A stretch of DNA of 64,000 nt from Eledone cirrhosa (Eukaryota). Under the pieces are notes generated by a model, which made no database searches, was not told where the DNA came from, and saw nothing but the letters and a program-made list of their open reading frames with translations. The DNA is taken from assembly GCA_964016885.1 (NCBI GenBank), contig OZ024754.1, positions 42,346,001 through 42,410,000 of the forward strand, given 5' to 3'. The position numbers and the translations under genes are program-made. Shown in pieces: positions 1 to 11,675 of this stretch. Within the stretch, counting starts at the first letter, position 1, and the number at the start of each line of letters is the position of its first letter.

Positions 1-198
1 TTATATATACACTATATATACATTATATATACACTATATATACATTACATATACATTGTATATACATTATATATACACTATATATACACTATATATACAT
101 TACATATACATTGTATATACATTATATATACATTACATATACATTATATATACACTATATATACATTATATATACACTATATATACATTATATATGAT
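1..198. repeat. TA-rich simple repeat (tatatatacat/cac)
   Basis: Direct inspection. Confidence 0.85.
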
Positions 199-254
199 AT
201 TGTCCAAGAGAAAGAAAGGCAATGACTGATACAGTTTGACACGAGTGACATAGC

Positions 255-400
255 AAGTCATTTCTACAGCTGAGTCAACTGGAGCAACATGAAATAAAGT
301 GACTTGTTCAAGGACATAACACATCACCTGGTCCGAGAATCGAACTCACAACCTTCCGATTGCAAGCCCAATGCTCTAACCTCTAAGCCATGCACCTTCA
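255..400 (-). mobile_element. SINE family B head (antisense)
   Basis: Reverse complement of 12721-12862. Confidence 0.72.
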
Positions 401-534
401 TATATAGAGTAATGTAAATGCTAAAAGGTTAAAGAGCAAAAAGAAACAGCACAATGGCATTTCATTGCCGCTCTACCAATTCTACTTATCTATTACCTTC
501 AATGAATATTTTTAAGTAATTATTATCAGTGGAT

Positions 535-715
535 TGTCAGTATCGGTAGAGGGTCGGACGCCATGCTTTCCAGCATAGAGTTACGTCCCTTTGCGGTCTG
601 AGTTCAAATCCCGCCGAGGTTAACTTTGCCTTTCATCTTTACGGGGTTGGTAAAATAAAGTACCAGTAATGTACTGGGATAATTGCTGGCCTCGTGCTAA
701 AAGTAGAAACAATTA
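535..715 (+). mobile_element. SINE family A copy (tRNA-like B box GAGTTCAAATCCC; body ctttcatcct-cggggtcgataaaataaagtaccag; (ATT)n tail)
   Basis: Near-identical copies at 8526-8700(+), 12106-12280(+), 13860-14035(-). Confidence 0.8.
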
Positions 716-914
716 TTATCATTTAACATGTTCTTCCATGCTAGCAAGAGTTGAATGGATTGTCATGGCTGGATTGTCAAAGACTTAATAAGAGTTACTG
801 ACCTCGCAGATAGGTCAGTGACCTCTATCACGTTTATATACGTTCTAGCACTTTACAAAGTGTATTGAGTGCATATTAATGTGACACCAGTGCTAGAGAT
901 GTCATGTACTTGAC

Positions 915-3900
915 TGGGTGTATATTATGAGGGAAGCACTAGAGGGTGTATATTGTGAGAGAAGCACTAGAGGGTGTATATTGTGAGAAGTACTAGAGGG
1001 TGTATATTGTGAGAGAAGCACTAGAGGGTGTATATTGTGAGAGAAGCACTAGAGGGTGTATATTGTGAGAGAAGCACTAGAGGGTGTATATTGTGAGAAG
1101 CACTAGAGGGTGTATATTATGAGGGAAGCACTAGAGGGTGTATATTATGAGAAGTACTAGAGGGTGTATATTATGAGGGAAGCACTAGAGGGTGTATATT
1201 GTGAGAGAAGCACTAGAGGGTGTATATTATGAGAGAAGCACTAGAGGGTGTATATTGTGAGAGAAGCACTAGAGGGTGTATATTGTGAGAAGTACTAGAG
1301 GGTGTATATTATGAGGGAAGCACTAGAGGGTGTATATTGTGAGAGAAGCACTAGAGGGTGTATATTATGAGGGAAGCACTAGAGGGTGTATATTATGAGG
1401 GAAGCACTAGAGGGTGTATATTATGAGGGAAGCACTAGAGGGTGTATATTGTGAGAGAAGCACTAGAGGGTGTATATTATGAGGGAAGCACTAGAGGGTG
1501 TATATTATGAGGGAAGCACTAGAGGGTGTATATTGTGAGAAGTACTAGAGGGTGTATATTATGAGGGAAGCACTAGAGGGTGTATATTATGAGGGAAGCA
1601 CTAGTGGGTGTATATTGTGAGAGAAGCACTAGAGGGTGTATATTGTGAGAGAAGCACTAGAGGGTGTATATTGTGAGGGAAGCACTAGAGGGTGTATATT
1701 ATGAGGGAAGCACTAGAGGGTGTATATTGTGAGAGAAGCACTAGAGGGTGTATATTATGAGGGAAGCACTAGAGGGTGTATATTATGAGGGAAGCACTAG
1801 AGGGTGTATATTGTGAGAAGTACTAGAGGGTGTATATTATGAGGGAAGCACTAGAGGGTGTATATTATGAGGGAAGCACTAGTGGGTGTATATTGTGAGA
1901 GAAGCACTAGAGGGCGTATATTATGAGGGAAGCACTAGAGGGTGTATATTATGAGAGAAGCACTAGAGGGTGTATATTATGAGAGAAGCACTAGAGGGTG
2001 TATATTGTGAGAGAAGCACTAGAGGGTGTATATTGTGAGAGAAGCACTAGAGGGTGTATATTGTGAGAGAAGCACTAGAGGGTGTATATTGTGAGGGAAG
2101 CACTAGAGGGCGTATATTATGAGGGAAGCACTAGAGGGTGTATATTATGAGAGAAGCACTAGAGGGTGTATATTGTGAGAGAAGCACTAGAGGGTGTATA
2201 TTGTGAGAAGTACTAGAGGGTGTATATTGTGAGAGAAGCACTAGAGGGTGTATATTGTGAGAGAAGCACTAGAGGGTGTATATTGTGAGAGAAGCACTAG
2301 AGAGTGTATATTGTGAGAAGTACTAGAGGGTGTATATTATGAGGGAAGCACTAGAGGGTGTATATTGTGAGAAGTACTAGAGGGTGTATATTGTGAGAGA
2401 AGCACTAGAGGGTGTATATTGTGAGAGAAGCACTAGAGGGTGTATATTGTGAGAGAAGCACTAGAGGGTGTATATTGTGAGGGAAGCACTAGAGGGTGTA
2501 TATTGTGAGGGAAGCACTAGAGGGTGTATATTATGAGGGAAGCACTAGAGGGTGTATATTGGGAGGGAAGCACTAGAGGGTGTATATTGTGAGAAGTACT
2601 AGAGGGTGTATATTGTGAGAGAAGCACTAGAGGGTGTATATTGGGAGAGAAGCACTAGAGGGTGTATATTGGGAGAGAAGCACTAGAGGGTGTATATTGT
2701 GAGAGAAGCACTAGAGGGTGTATATTGGGAGAGAAGCACTAGAGGGTGTATATTGGGAGAGAAGCACTAGAGGGTGTATATTGGGAGAGAAGCACTAGAG
2801 GGTGTATATTGTGAGGGAAGCACTAGAGGGTGTATATTGTGAGAAGTACTAGAGGGTGTATATTGTGAGAAGTACTAGAGGGTGTATATTGTGAGAGAAG
2901 CACTAGAGGGTGTATATTGGGAGAGAAGCTCTAGAGGGTGTATATTGGGAGAGAAGCACTAGAGGGTGTATATTGTGAGGGAAGCACTAGAGGGTGTATA
3001 TTGTGAGGGAAGCACTAGAGGGTGTATATTGTGAGGGAAGCACTAGAGGGTGTATATTGTGAGAAGTACTAGAGGGTGTATATTGTGAGGGAAGCACTAG
3101 AGGGTGTATATTGGGAGAGAAGCACTAGAGGGTGTATATTGGGAGAGAAGCACTAGAGGGTGTATATTGTGAGAGAAGCACTAGAGGGTGTATATTGGGA
3201 GAGAAGCACTAGAGGGTGTATATTATGAGGGAAGCACTAGAGGGTGTATATTATGAGAAGTACTAGAGGGTGTATATTGTGAGAGAAGCACTAGAAGGTG
3301 TATATTGTGAGAGAAGCACTAGAGGGTGTATATTGTGAGGGAAGCACTAGAGGGTGTATATTGTGAGAGAAGCACTAGAGGGTGTATATTGTGAGGGAAG
3401 CACTAGAGGGTGTATATTGTGAGGGAAGCACTAGAGGGTGTATATTGTGAGGGAAGCACTAGAGGGTGTATATTGTGAGAAGTACTAGAGGGTGTATATT
3501 GTGAGGGAAGCACTAGAGGGTGTATATTGTGAGAGAAGCACTAGAGGGTGTATATTGGGAGAGAAGCTCTAGAGGGTGTATATTGTGAGAGAAGCACTAG
3601 AGGGTGTATATTGGGAGAGAAGCACTAGAGGGTGTATATTATGAGGGAAGCACTAGAGGGTGTATATTGTGAGAAGTACTAGAGGGTGTATATTGTGAGA
3701 GAAGCACTAGAAGGTGTATATTGTGAGAGAAGCACTAGAGGGTGTATATTGTGAGAGAAGCACTAGAGGGTGTATATTGTGAGGGAAGCACTAGAGGGTG
3801 TATATTGTGAGAGAAGCACTAGAGGGTGTATATTGTGAGGGAAGCACTAGAGGGTGTATATTGTGAGAGAAGCACTCGAGGGTGTATATTGTGAGAGAAG

Positions 3901-4430
3901 CACTAGAGGGTGTATATTATGAGGGAAGCACTAGAGGGTGTATATTATGAGGGAAGCACTAGAGGGTGTATATTATGAGGGAAGCACTAGAGGGTGTATA
4001 TTGTGAGAGAAGCACTAGAGGGTGTATATTGTGAGAGAAGCACTAGAGGGTGTATATTGTGAGAGAAGCACTAGAGGGTGTATATTGGGAGAGAAGCACT
4101 AGAGGGTGTATATTGTGAGGGAAGCACTAGAGGGTGTATATTATGAGGGAAGCACTAGAGGATGTATATTGTGAGAGAAGCACTAGAGGGTGTATATTGT
4201 GAGAGAAGCACGAGAGGGTGTATATTGGGAGAGAAGCACTAGAGGGTGTATATTGTGAGGGAAGCACTAGAGGGTGTATATTATGAGGGAAGCACTAGAG
4301 GGTGTATATTGTGAGGGAAGCACTAGAGGGTGTATATTGTGAGAGAAGCAGTAGAGGGTGTATATTGTGAGGGAAGCACTAGAGGGTGTATATTGTGAGA
4401 CCAGTAGTAGAGGGTGTATATTGTGACACT
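915..4430 (+). repeat. Minisatellite, 28-bp unit GCACTAGAGGGTGTATATTGTGAGAGAA (26-bp variant), ~125 copies
   Basis: Near-perfect tandem array; purine-rich strand asymmetry. Confidence 0.97.
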
Positions 4431-4914
4431 AGTGCTAGAAATGTCATGACCTTGACTGGGTGGAGAAGAAGATTATAAAGGTCTTAGAAAACAAGATTTA
4501 TGTGTCTTTTGTAAAATGTATTTATTTATGTATATCATCATCATCATCATCGGTGGTGTGTGTGGTGGTGGCGGTAGTATGGTGGTGATTGTGGTGTAGT
4601 GGTGGTGGTGGTGGTGGTGTAGTGGTGGTAGTTGTGGTCGTTGTCGTCATGAGGATGATGATATTGATGATGATCTATCTAGAAATATATTAGTGGACTG
4701 GAGCAATGTGAAATAAAGTATGTTGCTCAAGGATACCCCGGGAATCGAATTCACAGCTTTACTATAATGAGCCTAACACCGTTAAACCACACGTCTCCTC
4801 CATATCATTGCAATAATACACCAATCTAAAGTCGAGCCAACGAGGGAATCTCTGCGTGATCGTTAGACCTGTTAAAATTAGCAGCCAAATCTTCTTCAAA
4901 TTTCATATCTTTCG

Positions 4915-5105
4915 AAGGCCCCACTCGGTCACGAATGACCGTGGATTTACACCTAGAATGTTTCCCTCGGAGGCACAAGTCTGGGCAAGGTTTGTTTTGT
5001 GGAAGACCAGTTGTCACCCACGCATACCAGTCTCCCCTCTCCACGCCACTAATATTGTCCAAGGGAATGGCAATGACCGATACAGCTTGACACCAGTAAC
5101 GTCGC
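4915..5105 (-). mobile_element. SINE family B 3' body (antisense)
   Basis: Reverse complement of 12440-12620; source of the ORF 4826-5224 similarity to ORFs at 12334/12368. Confidence 0.7.
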
Positions 5106-6046
5106 CACTCACATACCTTTAAAAAGTGAATTAATATGTTCGATTTTGTAATTCTAGATAATCTATATCGAGAAATAGGGTTGTTAATCACGGCTAGAAT
5201 TCCATTAGTCTTAGATTCACTCAATCAGGGCTTAGCAGCAATTCCTATTTAAGTTCAAATAGGATTATAAATGCCGTAAATTAGAGGAAGGGAAAGGAAG
5301 AGCAAGGACTACTAGACAAAGGAAGGTGAAAGGGTGACAGACTCTACACCTGGTCCAGAGCGGTGTTTTGGCTGTGCCCTGCGGACAATGGCCAGCGAAA
5401 CACGCTGCAACAGCCACCCCAAAATATGGAAATTATTTATAATTCTTACAGAATGCACACAAATAATATATACAATACTTAATTACATAAATATTTCACA
5501 TAAAAATATAAAACCAAAACGAAAGAAAATATAAATTCAACACTGTATCAATTGGTCACACAGCACAGGCGTGCCAGAAGGTCCCTCTAATACTTTTTAA
5601 GACAAGCCAACACCGTGAGAGCATAACCGTGGGTGATAGCGAGACTAAGGCGCTGGAACAACCAAGCACACACACACGCGCCGGAAATATATTCAATAGA
5701 AACTAGTTTCGATTGTCACCGAATATTATTGTATTGTCATGTCATCAACTGTGGGTATGCTTTATTTACTGTTTTTGATGAGATAAATGTATTATTTAAA
5801 TTTAATCAGTCTTAAAATATATCTAAACTGTCAGTTTAATTATTTTGCTGTTATTTTTTTTAATTTTCAATTTCAAAGTGTGATTGTATGGACATTCTTT
5901 CATAAAAACAACATCGTATCGTGTAAAACAACCGGCTCATCGTTATCTAGCGTCTTATCTATTTATATTTATATATTTACATATATATATATATATATAT
6001 ATATAGATAGATATCAATCGGGATTGATTCAGTTTGAAACTAGTCA

Positions 6047-6417
6047 GACCATTACTCAACAGAGTACTCGATACTTGGGGTAGTAGAGTATGGTTATAAA
6101 GCGTCGGGATACCGACGGCTGAGCTCCTGCCATTTCAACAGCTAGTTTCAGACCTGTTGAAACGGCAAGAGCTCAGTCGTCGGTGTCCCGACTCTTTATA
6201 ATGTATATAAAGTGACAACTACAAGTTACCCACCTAATAACCCATATATATGTGTGTGTGTGTGAAAAGATTCAGGACCCCGACGGCTGAGTTCCGGCCG
6301 TTTCGACAGATAGATCCGAACCCTGAATCTTTTCATATAACCCACTCTACTACCCCAAGTATCGAGTACTCTGGTGCGTTATGGTCCACCTGGTATCTTA
6401 CCTCTTACCACACTCTC
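6047..6417. repeat. Nested inverted-repeat element (foldback/MITE-like)
   Basis: Inner ~48-bp-stem hairpin 6094-6201; outer IR 6047-6099 / 6335-6386; right end has a dispersed inverted copy at ~29752-29805. Confidence 0.75.
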
Positions 6418-6771
6418 TTTGTTATATACATATATATATTAAGGTGTGGTATAAAACTATCACATCTGAGTAATAAAATGCCAGATGGGTGTTGCTTGGA
6501 ATATTCAATGTTGACTTATATATACTTTAATAAACAAAATATATTTTATTTTTTATTGTGACACCAGTACTAGGGCAGGTGCCATGCCCTCCATACAACT
6601 GAAAATTCCTATTATTGTGACATGTTTTCTATGGTTTTATACCTTCCCTAATGCCAAACATTTTACAGAGTGTACTAGCTTCGTTTTATCATTGATATTT
6701 TGTTTGTTTGTTTTTTTATGTTTTGGTTTTTTCAAACAAGATCTTATCATTTCAGGTTCCTTTTCTAAATT

Positions 6772-6871
6772 ATGTCTAATTATTCTGAGTTAAAATACAA
6801 ACGAAAATTATGGAAAGGTGTTTTCTTCTTTGGTATAGCTGCTTGTCTAGGATGGGTTCTTTTAGCTATGA
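6772..6871 (+). CDS. B3GAT: B3GAT coding exon 1 (cytoplasmic tail + TM anchor)
   Basis: Acceptor tttcag at 6750-6755, ATG 6772, [33 protein letters not shown], donor A|gtaagt (phase 1) fits the next exon. Confidence 0.8.
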
Positions 6872-9800
6872 GTAAGTGGATTTTTTATTATTTGATCATA
6901 TGTATATATGTAGCATCACGATCATAAGGTTATGGGTTTGATTCCTAGACTGGGTGGCATGTTGTGGTCTAGAGAAATGTGCTTCATTTTATGTTGCTTT
7001 TCATGATAGGACTGTGGCCCCCTATCATTAACCCTTTACCATTTACATTACTCTATATATACTATTATATTTTCATGGTAAAGGCTTTACCTCGCATAAT
7101 TATCTCACATAATATCGAATCTATGAGATTTTGAGAACAATACCTTAACATCAGTTTGAGTGACCACTTACAGCCAGTGTCAACTGAAAGAGGTGAGAGA
7201 ATTCTAGCCAGTTTGAACATTAAAGGGTTAAAACACCCAAGAAACCTCTCTATGAGATGATACCTCATAAGAGGCCAACTAAACATGTGTAGGAGCTATA
7301 AATTTCATTTCAATTCATTTCATTTTTTTTTATTTCTCTCCTTGCCTCAGCCAGCTTAACTAAAAATTGGCTGTAACAGTGCCCCAGTATGGGGACAGCC
7401 CATTCGCTGGAACAGATAAAAGAGTAAAAGAATGCAGCATAAAATTTATGATGAAAAACTTTAGTGTAGTGCCCCAACATGGCCTCAGCCAGATGGCTGG
7501 AACAGGTAAAAGAGTAAGTGTAAGAGTAATTGTTTTCAGTTACAAAACATTTGGCAAATTGGTTTTTGTATTTTTTTCCCTTTTACCATTCCAGAAATGA
7601 TTTTCACTGATGAAAATTCTTACAGTGACGAACAGAAATTGGAGGTGTTAATTCAATGCCAGCAGAAGTTAAAAAAAAGAGAAGATTTTATTTTAAAGCT
7701 TGAAGAAGCTCTGAAGCAATCTGTTGTAAAAAAGAAAGACAATATTCTCATGAAAGAAACTATAACTTCCTCTGTCAGGAAACATACAATTTTTTCTGAC
7801 GAGGAAAAGACTACAACTTTTTCTGTCAGGGAAAAATTTCCAATTTTTGCTGTCAGGGAAAATATTACAATTTTTGCTGTCACTCCAACTTATTCACGTT
7901 CAGTGCAGAAAGCTGAACTCACAAGAATTTCCCAGACCTTTTTACATATCCCTAATTTTCATTGGATTGTGGTAGAAGATTCTTCTATAAAGTCAAATCT
8001 AGTGGCTAATTTTTTGAAAGAGTGCAATTTGAATTATACACATTTAAATGTTAAAACTCCAGACTTTTATAAAATGAAACCATCTGACCCGAACTGGTTA
8101 AAACCACGTGGGGTACTTCAACGAAACTTAGCCCTTACATGGCTACGAAAAAACATTAACATTAAAAGAGAGAAAGGAGTTCTTTATTTTGCAGATGATG
8201 ATAATACATATTCGTTGAAACTCTTTCAAGAGGTTAATTATTATTATTATTATTATTACCACTATTATTATTATTATTATTTAGTGGAGGCGTGTGGCTG
8301 AGTGGTTAAAGAATTGGATTCGCAATTGTGAGGTTGTGAGTTCGATTCCCAGACCGGGCGATGCGTTATGTCCTTGAGCAAGACACTTTATTTCACGTTG
8401 CTCCTTCTACCTGGAGTTGCGACCGATAGATAGTATTAGCAATTGGAAAGACCAATGGAAACATTGTTTCCTCGGTCCAATTTGACGAAAGTCGATCGTT
8501 CTTTTTATTATTATTATTATTATTAGGCAGTATCGGTAAAGGGTCGGACGCCATGCTTTCCAGCATAGTTACGTCCCTTTACGATCTGAGTTCAAATCCC
8601 GCCGAGGTTGACTTTGCCTTTCATCCTTACGGGGTCGATAAAATAAAGTACCAGTAATGCACTGGGTAATTGCTGGCCTTGTGCCTAAAGTAGAAACAAT
8701 TATTATTATTATTATTATTAATTTGACATTTCAGTCATTGATGTTATTTAACCGGAAAATTTGCCCAAATGAACATCAAGTCGCTACCTGCAGCCCCAGA
8801 TTCAGGACGTATCGGAAGGTCCTTGCTGTTCTTAGTAGGCATGCTTTTGGAGTGTTCTAAGGGGGCTGGGTTTATGTTCTTTAACCAGCCTTGGAAACTC
8901 TCAGTCCATGATGTCTTCACAATATTCCAACAAAAATATGTTGCTTTCATTAAACAAAGCACAATCATCATTTTATATCCACTTTCCATGCTGGGTTGGA
9001 CAGGCTGTTCAAGGCCAACACTAGACAGGTTGGAGAGACCACACCTTGCTCATACATTCCATAGTTTGACATGGTGTCTATGGTTGGATACCCTTCCTAA
9101 AGCCAACTGATTTATACTTTACTGGCTGTATTTTATTGCAGTATCATCACTATCACATTACAGAGTGTACTGGGTGCACTTTATTATGGCACCAGCACTA
9201 GGGAGGCTGCCATTTACCCAGCCAAACTGAAGCATAATCCCTATCCTATATTGTCTCTGTTTGATTTCCAAACACTTTACAGTGGTGCCACCATTTTAGA
9301 GATTTTAAGGTACTCAGCATATTTAGATAAACAAATTAATATGTTCAAACCTTTAGCATTTGTATTACTTTATATTTACTATTATATTTTCATGGTAAAC
9401 ACTTTACCTCACATAATATCGAATTTATGAGAGTTTGATATTTATTTTGAGAACAATACGTTAACATCAGTATGAGTGGCCGGTTTGAACAGAAAAAGGG
9501 GAGAGAATTCTGGACGGATATGGTCAGTTTAAATGCTAAAGGGTTAAACTTTGTTTAGTAATAAAAGATTTTTCTTTTTATCTTTTCAGATGCGTAATAC
9601 TAAAATAGTTTCTGTTTGGCCTGTTGGCTTGGTTGGTGGTCTTCGATATGAGAAACCATTAGTTACAGAGGGCAAGGTAAGCTATACATGATTTAACGAT
9701 ACAGAATCATTACCTGATGAACATTAGACTACTTACCAGCCCTATCGTGTTGTGACATATCTCACACATATGTCTAGTTCACCTCGTCAGAGGTTTCTCA

Positions 9801-11154
9801 AGTGTTTTAGTAATAAGCTAACAACCATGTAGGTAACACGGTAAAAAAGCTCCCAGTCCACACTGTAAATGTGATTAGTGTTAGGAAGGGCATCCAACCG
9901 TAGAAAACCTGCCAGATAGTCCTATACGAGCGAGACACGGTAACCTGACCAATCTTGCCTCAAGTGGGACAATTCCCGTCTAACCCATGCTAGCGTGGAA
10001 GATAGATGTTAAACGATGATGATGATGATGATGATTTCCCTAGTCCTATCATGTTACAGTCTATTTACCTCTACCTCCTCATGGCACACATACTCTCCCA
10101 ACAAAACTCCCTCCTATTCTTACTTTGCTACATCTGTCTCACCACCCAGTAATGGATTAAGTTTACATGGGATCCCTAGCTGAAAATACCAATAAGGTCC
10201 TTGCATATTATTTAAAGTAGCAAAAAAAATTATTTTAGGCCCTTTAAATATTGTGGGGTTCATGGCTACAGCACAGTCCATTTGTTCTCTCCACCTTAAC
10301 CCTTTAGCAGCCACCACCACACATAGTTTCCACACAAAAATCTTCTCTATCCAACCCAACAGCACACCCATGCCTTTGCTTTTACATTTTTTTTAGGTTG
10401 TTGGTTGGTTTACACACTGGGCCTCCAACCGACCGTTTGCTATGGATATGGCTGGGTTTGCCATAAATTTAGAAAGGATATTTCGTTTTAAAGAAGCTCT
10501 GTTTACATACAAAGTACCTCGGGGCTATCAAGAATCTGCTTTGCTGAAAAATCTGGGAGTAACTCTCGCAGACCTTGAACCAAAAGCTGACCTTTGTACT
10601 AAGGTTAGTTGTTTTTTTTTTCTTTTTCATGATAAATAAATACAAATATTTATATCTATATATATTTTGAAAAAATAAAATTAACTGTGTATCTAGTTTA
10701 GACTAGGCACATTGTATCTCAGTGTAAAAAGACAACTAAAACAGTTGACACCAAGAAGGTATAAATCATCCTTAACAAGGATGATAGTAGTGAAGTCTGT
10801 TTTAGGCACTGTCAGTTTAACCCCTACTTTAATAGGAAAATGGCTCTAAAATGCTTGTTACACTGTTCTATTTAAATATGTAATGTTATAGAGCCAGTAT
10901 CTGTGGGAGTTTTTTTTCTTAGTACTAACATGGTATCTTAAAGATAGTGTTTTGGCAGTGACACAGGCTTTTGTTAGAATTAAAAGTTGAAATTATAATT
11001 AAGAGTTGAATTTATAATCCTGACAACTCAGCCCAGACATTTTATATTTCAGATTTTGGTTTGGCATACCCAAACAGTGAAACCCAAACTAAAGAATGAA
11101 ATAGAAATGAAAAAGAGATTTGGTCATGGTACCGACCTAAACATTGAGCTATAA
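6772..11154 (+). CDS. B3GAT: GT43 galactosylgalactosylxylosylprotein 3-beta-glucuronosyltransferase (B3GAT/GlcAT family), whole gene; join(6772..6871,7595..8232,9590..9676,10397..10603,11053..11154), ~377 aa
   Basis: N-terminal type II TM anchor ([24 protein letters not shown]); motifs [39 protein letters not shown] (DxD), [40 protein letters not shown]. All introns GT-AG with matching phases. Paralogue (B3GAT1/2/3) not resolvable by eye. Confidence 0.93.
7028..7231. mobile_element. piggyBac-type MITE (TTAA|CCCTTT...AAAGGG|TTAA)
   Basis: TTAA at both ends, CCCTTT TIR ends; family copies at 9347-9547, 18721-19115 (nested/partial), 19291-19519, 46078-46320, 54780-54970(-). Confidence 0.75.
7595..8232 (+). 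CDS. B3GAT: B3GAT coding exon 2 (stem + N-half of catalytic domain)
   Basis: ttccag acceptor; ORF 7597; [16 protein letters not shown]; donor GAG|gttaat. Confidence 0.93.
8286..8405 (+). mobile_element. SINE family B head
   Basis: GGAGGCGTGTGGCTGAGTGGTT...GAGTTCGATTCCC...gtccttgagcaagacactttatttcac. Confidence 0.75.
8526..8718 (+). mobile_element. SINE family A copy, B3GAT intron
   Basis: Same sequence as 535-715; flanked by (ATT)n on both sides. Confidence 0.82.
9347..9547. mobile_element. piggyBac-type MITE copy
   Basis: aaacctttagcattt ... aaatgctaaagggttaa. Confidence 0.7.
9590..9676 (+). CDS. B3GAT: B3GAT coding exon 3
   Basis: tttcag|[29 protein letters not shown]|gtaagc. Confidence 0.92.
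9838..10035 (+). mobile_element. SINE family C (aaaaagcacccag...gttaggaagggcatccagccgtagaaa...gctagcgtggaa..gttaaacgatgatgatg)
   Basis: Related copies at 12895-13058(+), 16940-17585(+), 24950-25070(+), 720-915(-), 8965-9215(-), 15481-15640(-); (GAT)n tails. Confidence 0.72.
10397..10603 (+). CDS. B3GAT: B3GAT coding exon 4
   Basis: ttttag|[22 protein letters not shown]...GYQES...[10 protein letters not shown]|gttagt. Confidence 0.93.
11053..11154 (+). CDS. B3GAT: B3GAT terminal coding exon
   Basis: tttcag|[33 protein letters not shown]; AATAAA at 11184-11189. Confidence 0.9.
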   Translation: MLVWHTQTVKPKLKNEIEMKKRFGHGTDLNIEL

Positions 11155-11496
11155 CATCAAATATTTAATTTTTATTTATTTTTAATAAAGTATTTTTTGG
11201 AAGAAAAAAAAACTATTGTTTTAGAAGAGAATTTCATAAATGGACAAAGGTATGTTGTATATCTATTTCTAAACAATAATATTCCAACAGAGATCAAGAG
11301 TTGTTACTGGCTGGTGCCTTCATTCACTTTCTTTTTCCATCTCCGAGGGTATTTTACTTGATTTTCTCAGCTATTATTTAGTGATCCACTATTATTATGG
11401 TCATTTGCGTTGGGATGCACACATTTCAAATTTTCCCAATTTTTCTTAAACCTCATTGTTTATTTGAGTGGGTTTTTTCTACACCTGGATGTCCTT

Positions 11497-11675
11497 CCTG
11501 ATGTTAACCCATACTTCCTGGTGTTAACCCATACTTCCTGATGCTAACCCATACTTCCTGGTGTTAACCCATACTTCCTGGTGTTAACCCATACTTCCTG
11601 GTGTTAACCCATACTTCCTGATGCTAACCCATACTTCCTGATGCTAACCCGTACTTCCTGGTGTTAACCCATACT
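11497..11675 (+). repeat. Minisatellite, 20-bp unit CCTG(A/G)TGTTAACCCATACTT, ~9 copies
   Basis: Tandem array inside a - strand family-C SINE remnant. Confidence 0.9.

Noticed and set aside
4826-5224. 132-aa ORF similar to ORFs at 12334-12640
   Set aside because: The similarity comes from the shared SINE family B body, not from protein homology.
8286-8360. Possible tRNA genes (also 12286, 12721)
   Set aside because: A/B boxes run directly into a repeated SINE body and no proper cloverleaf is evident.
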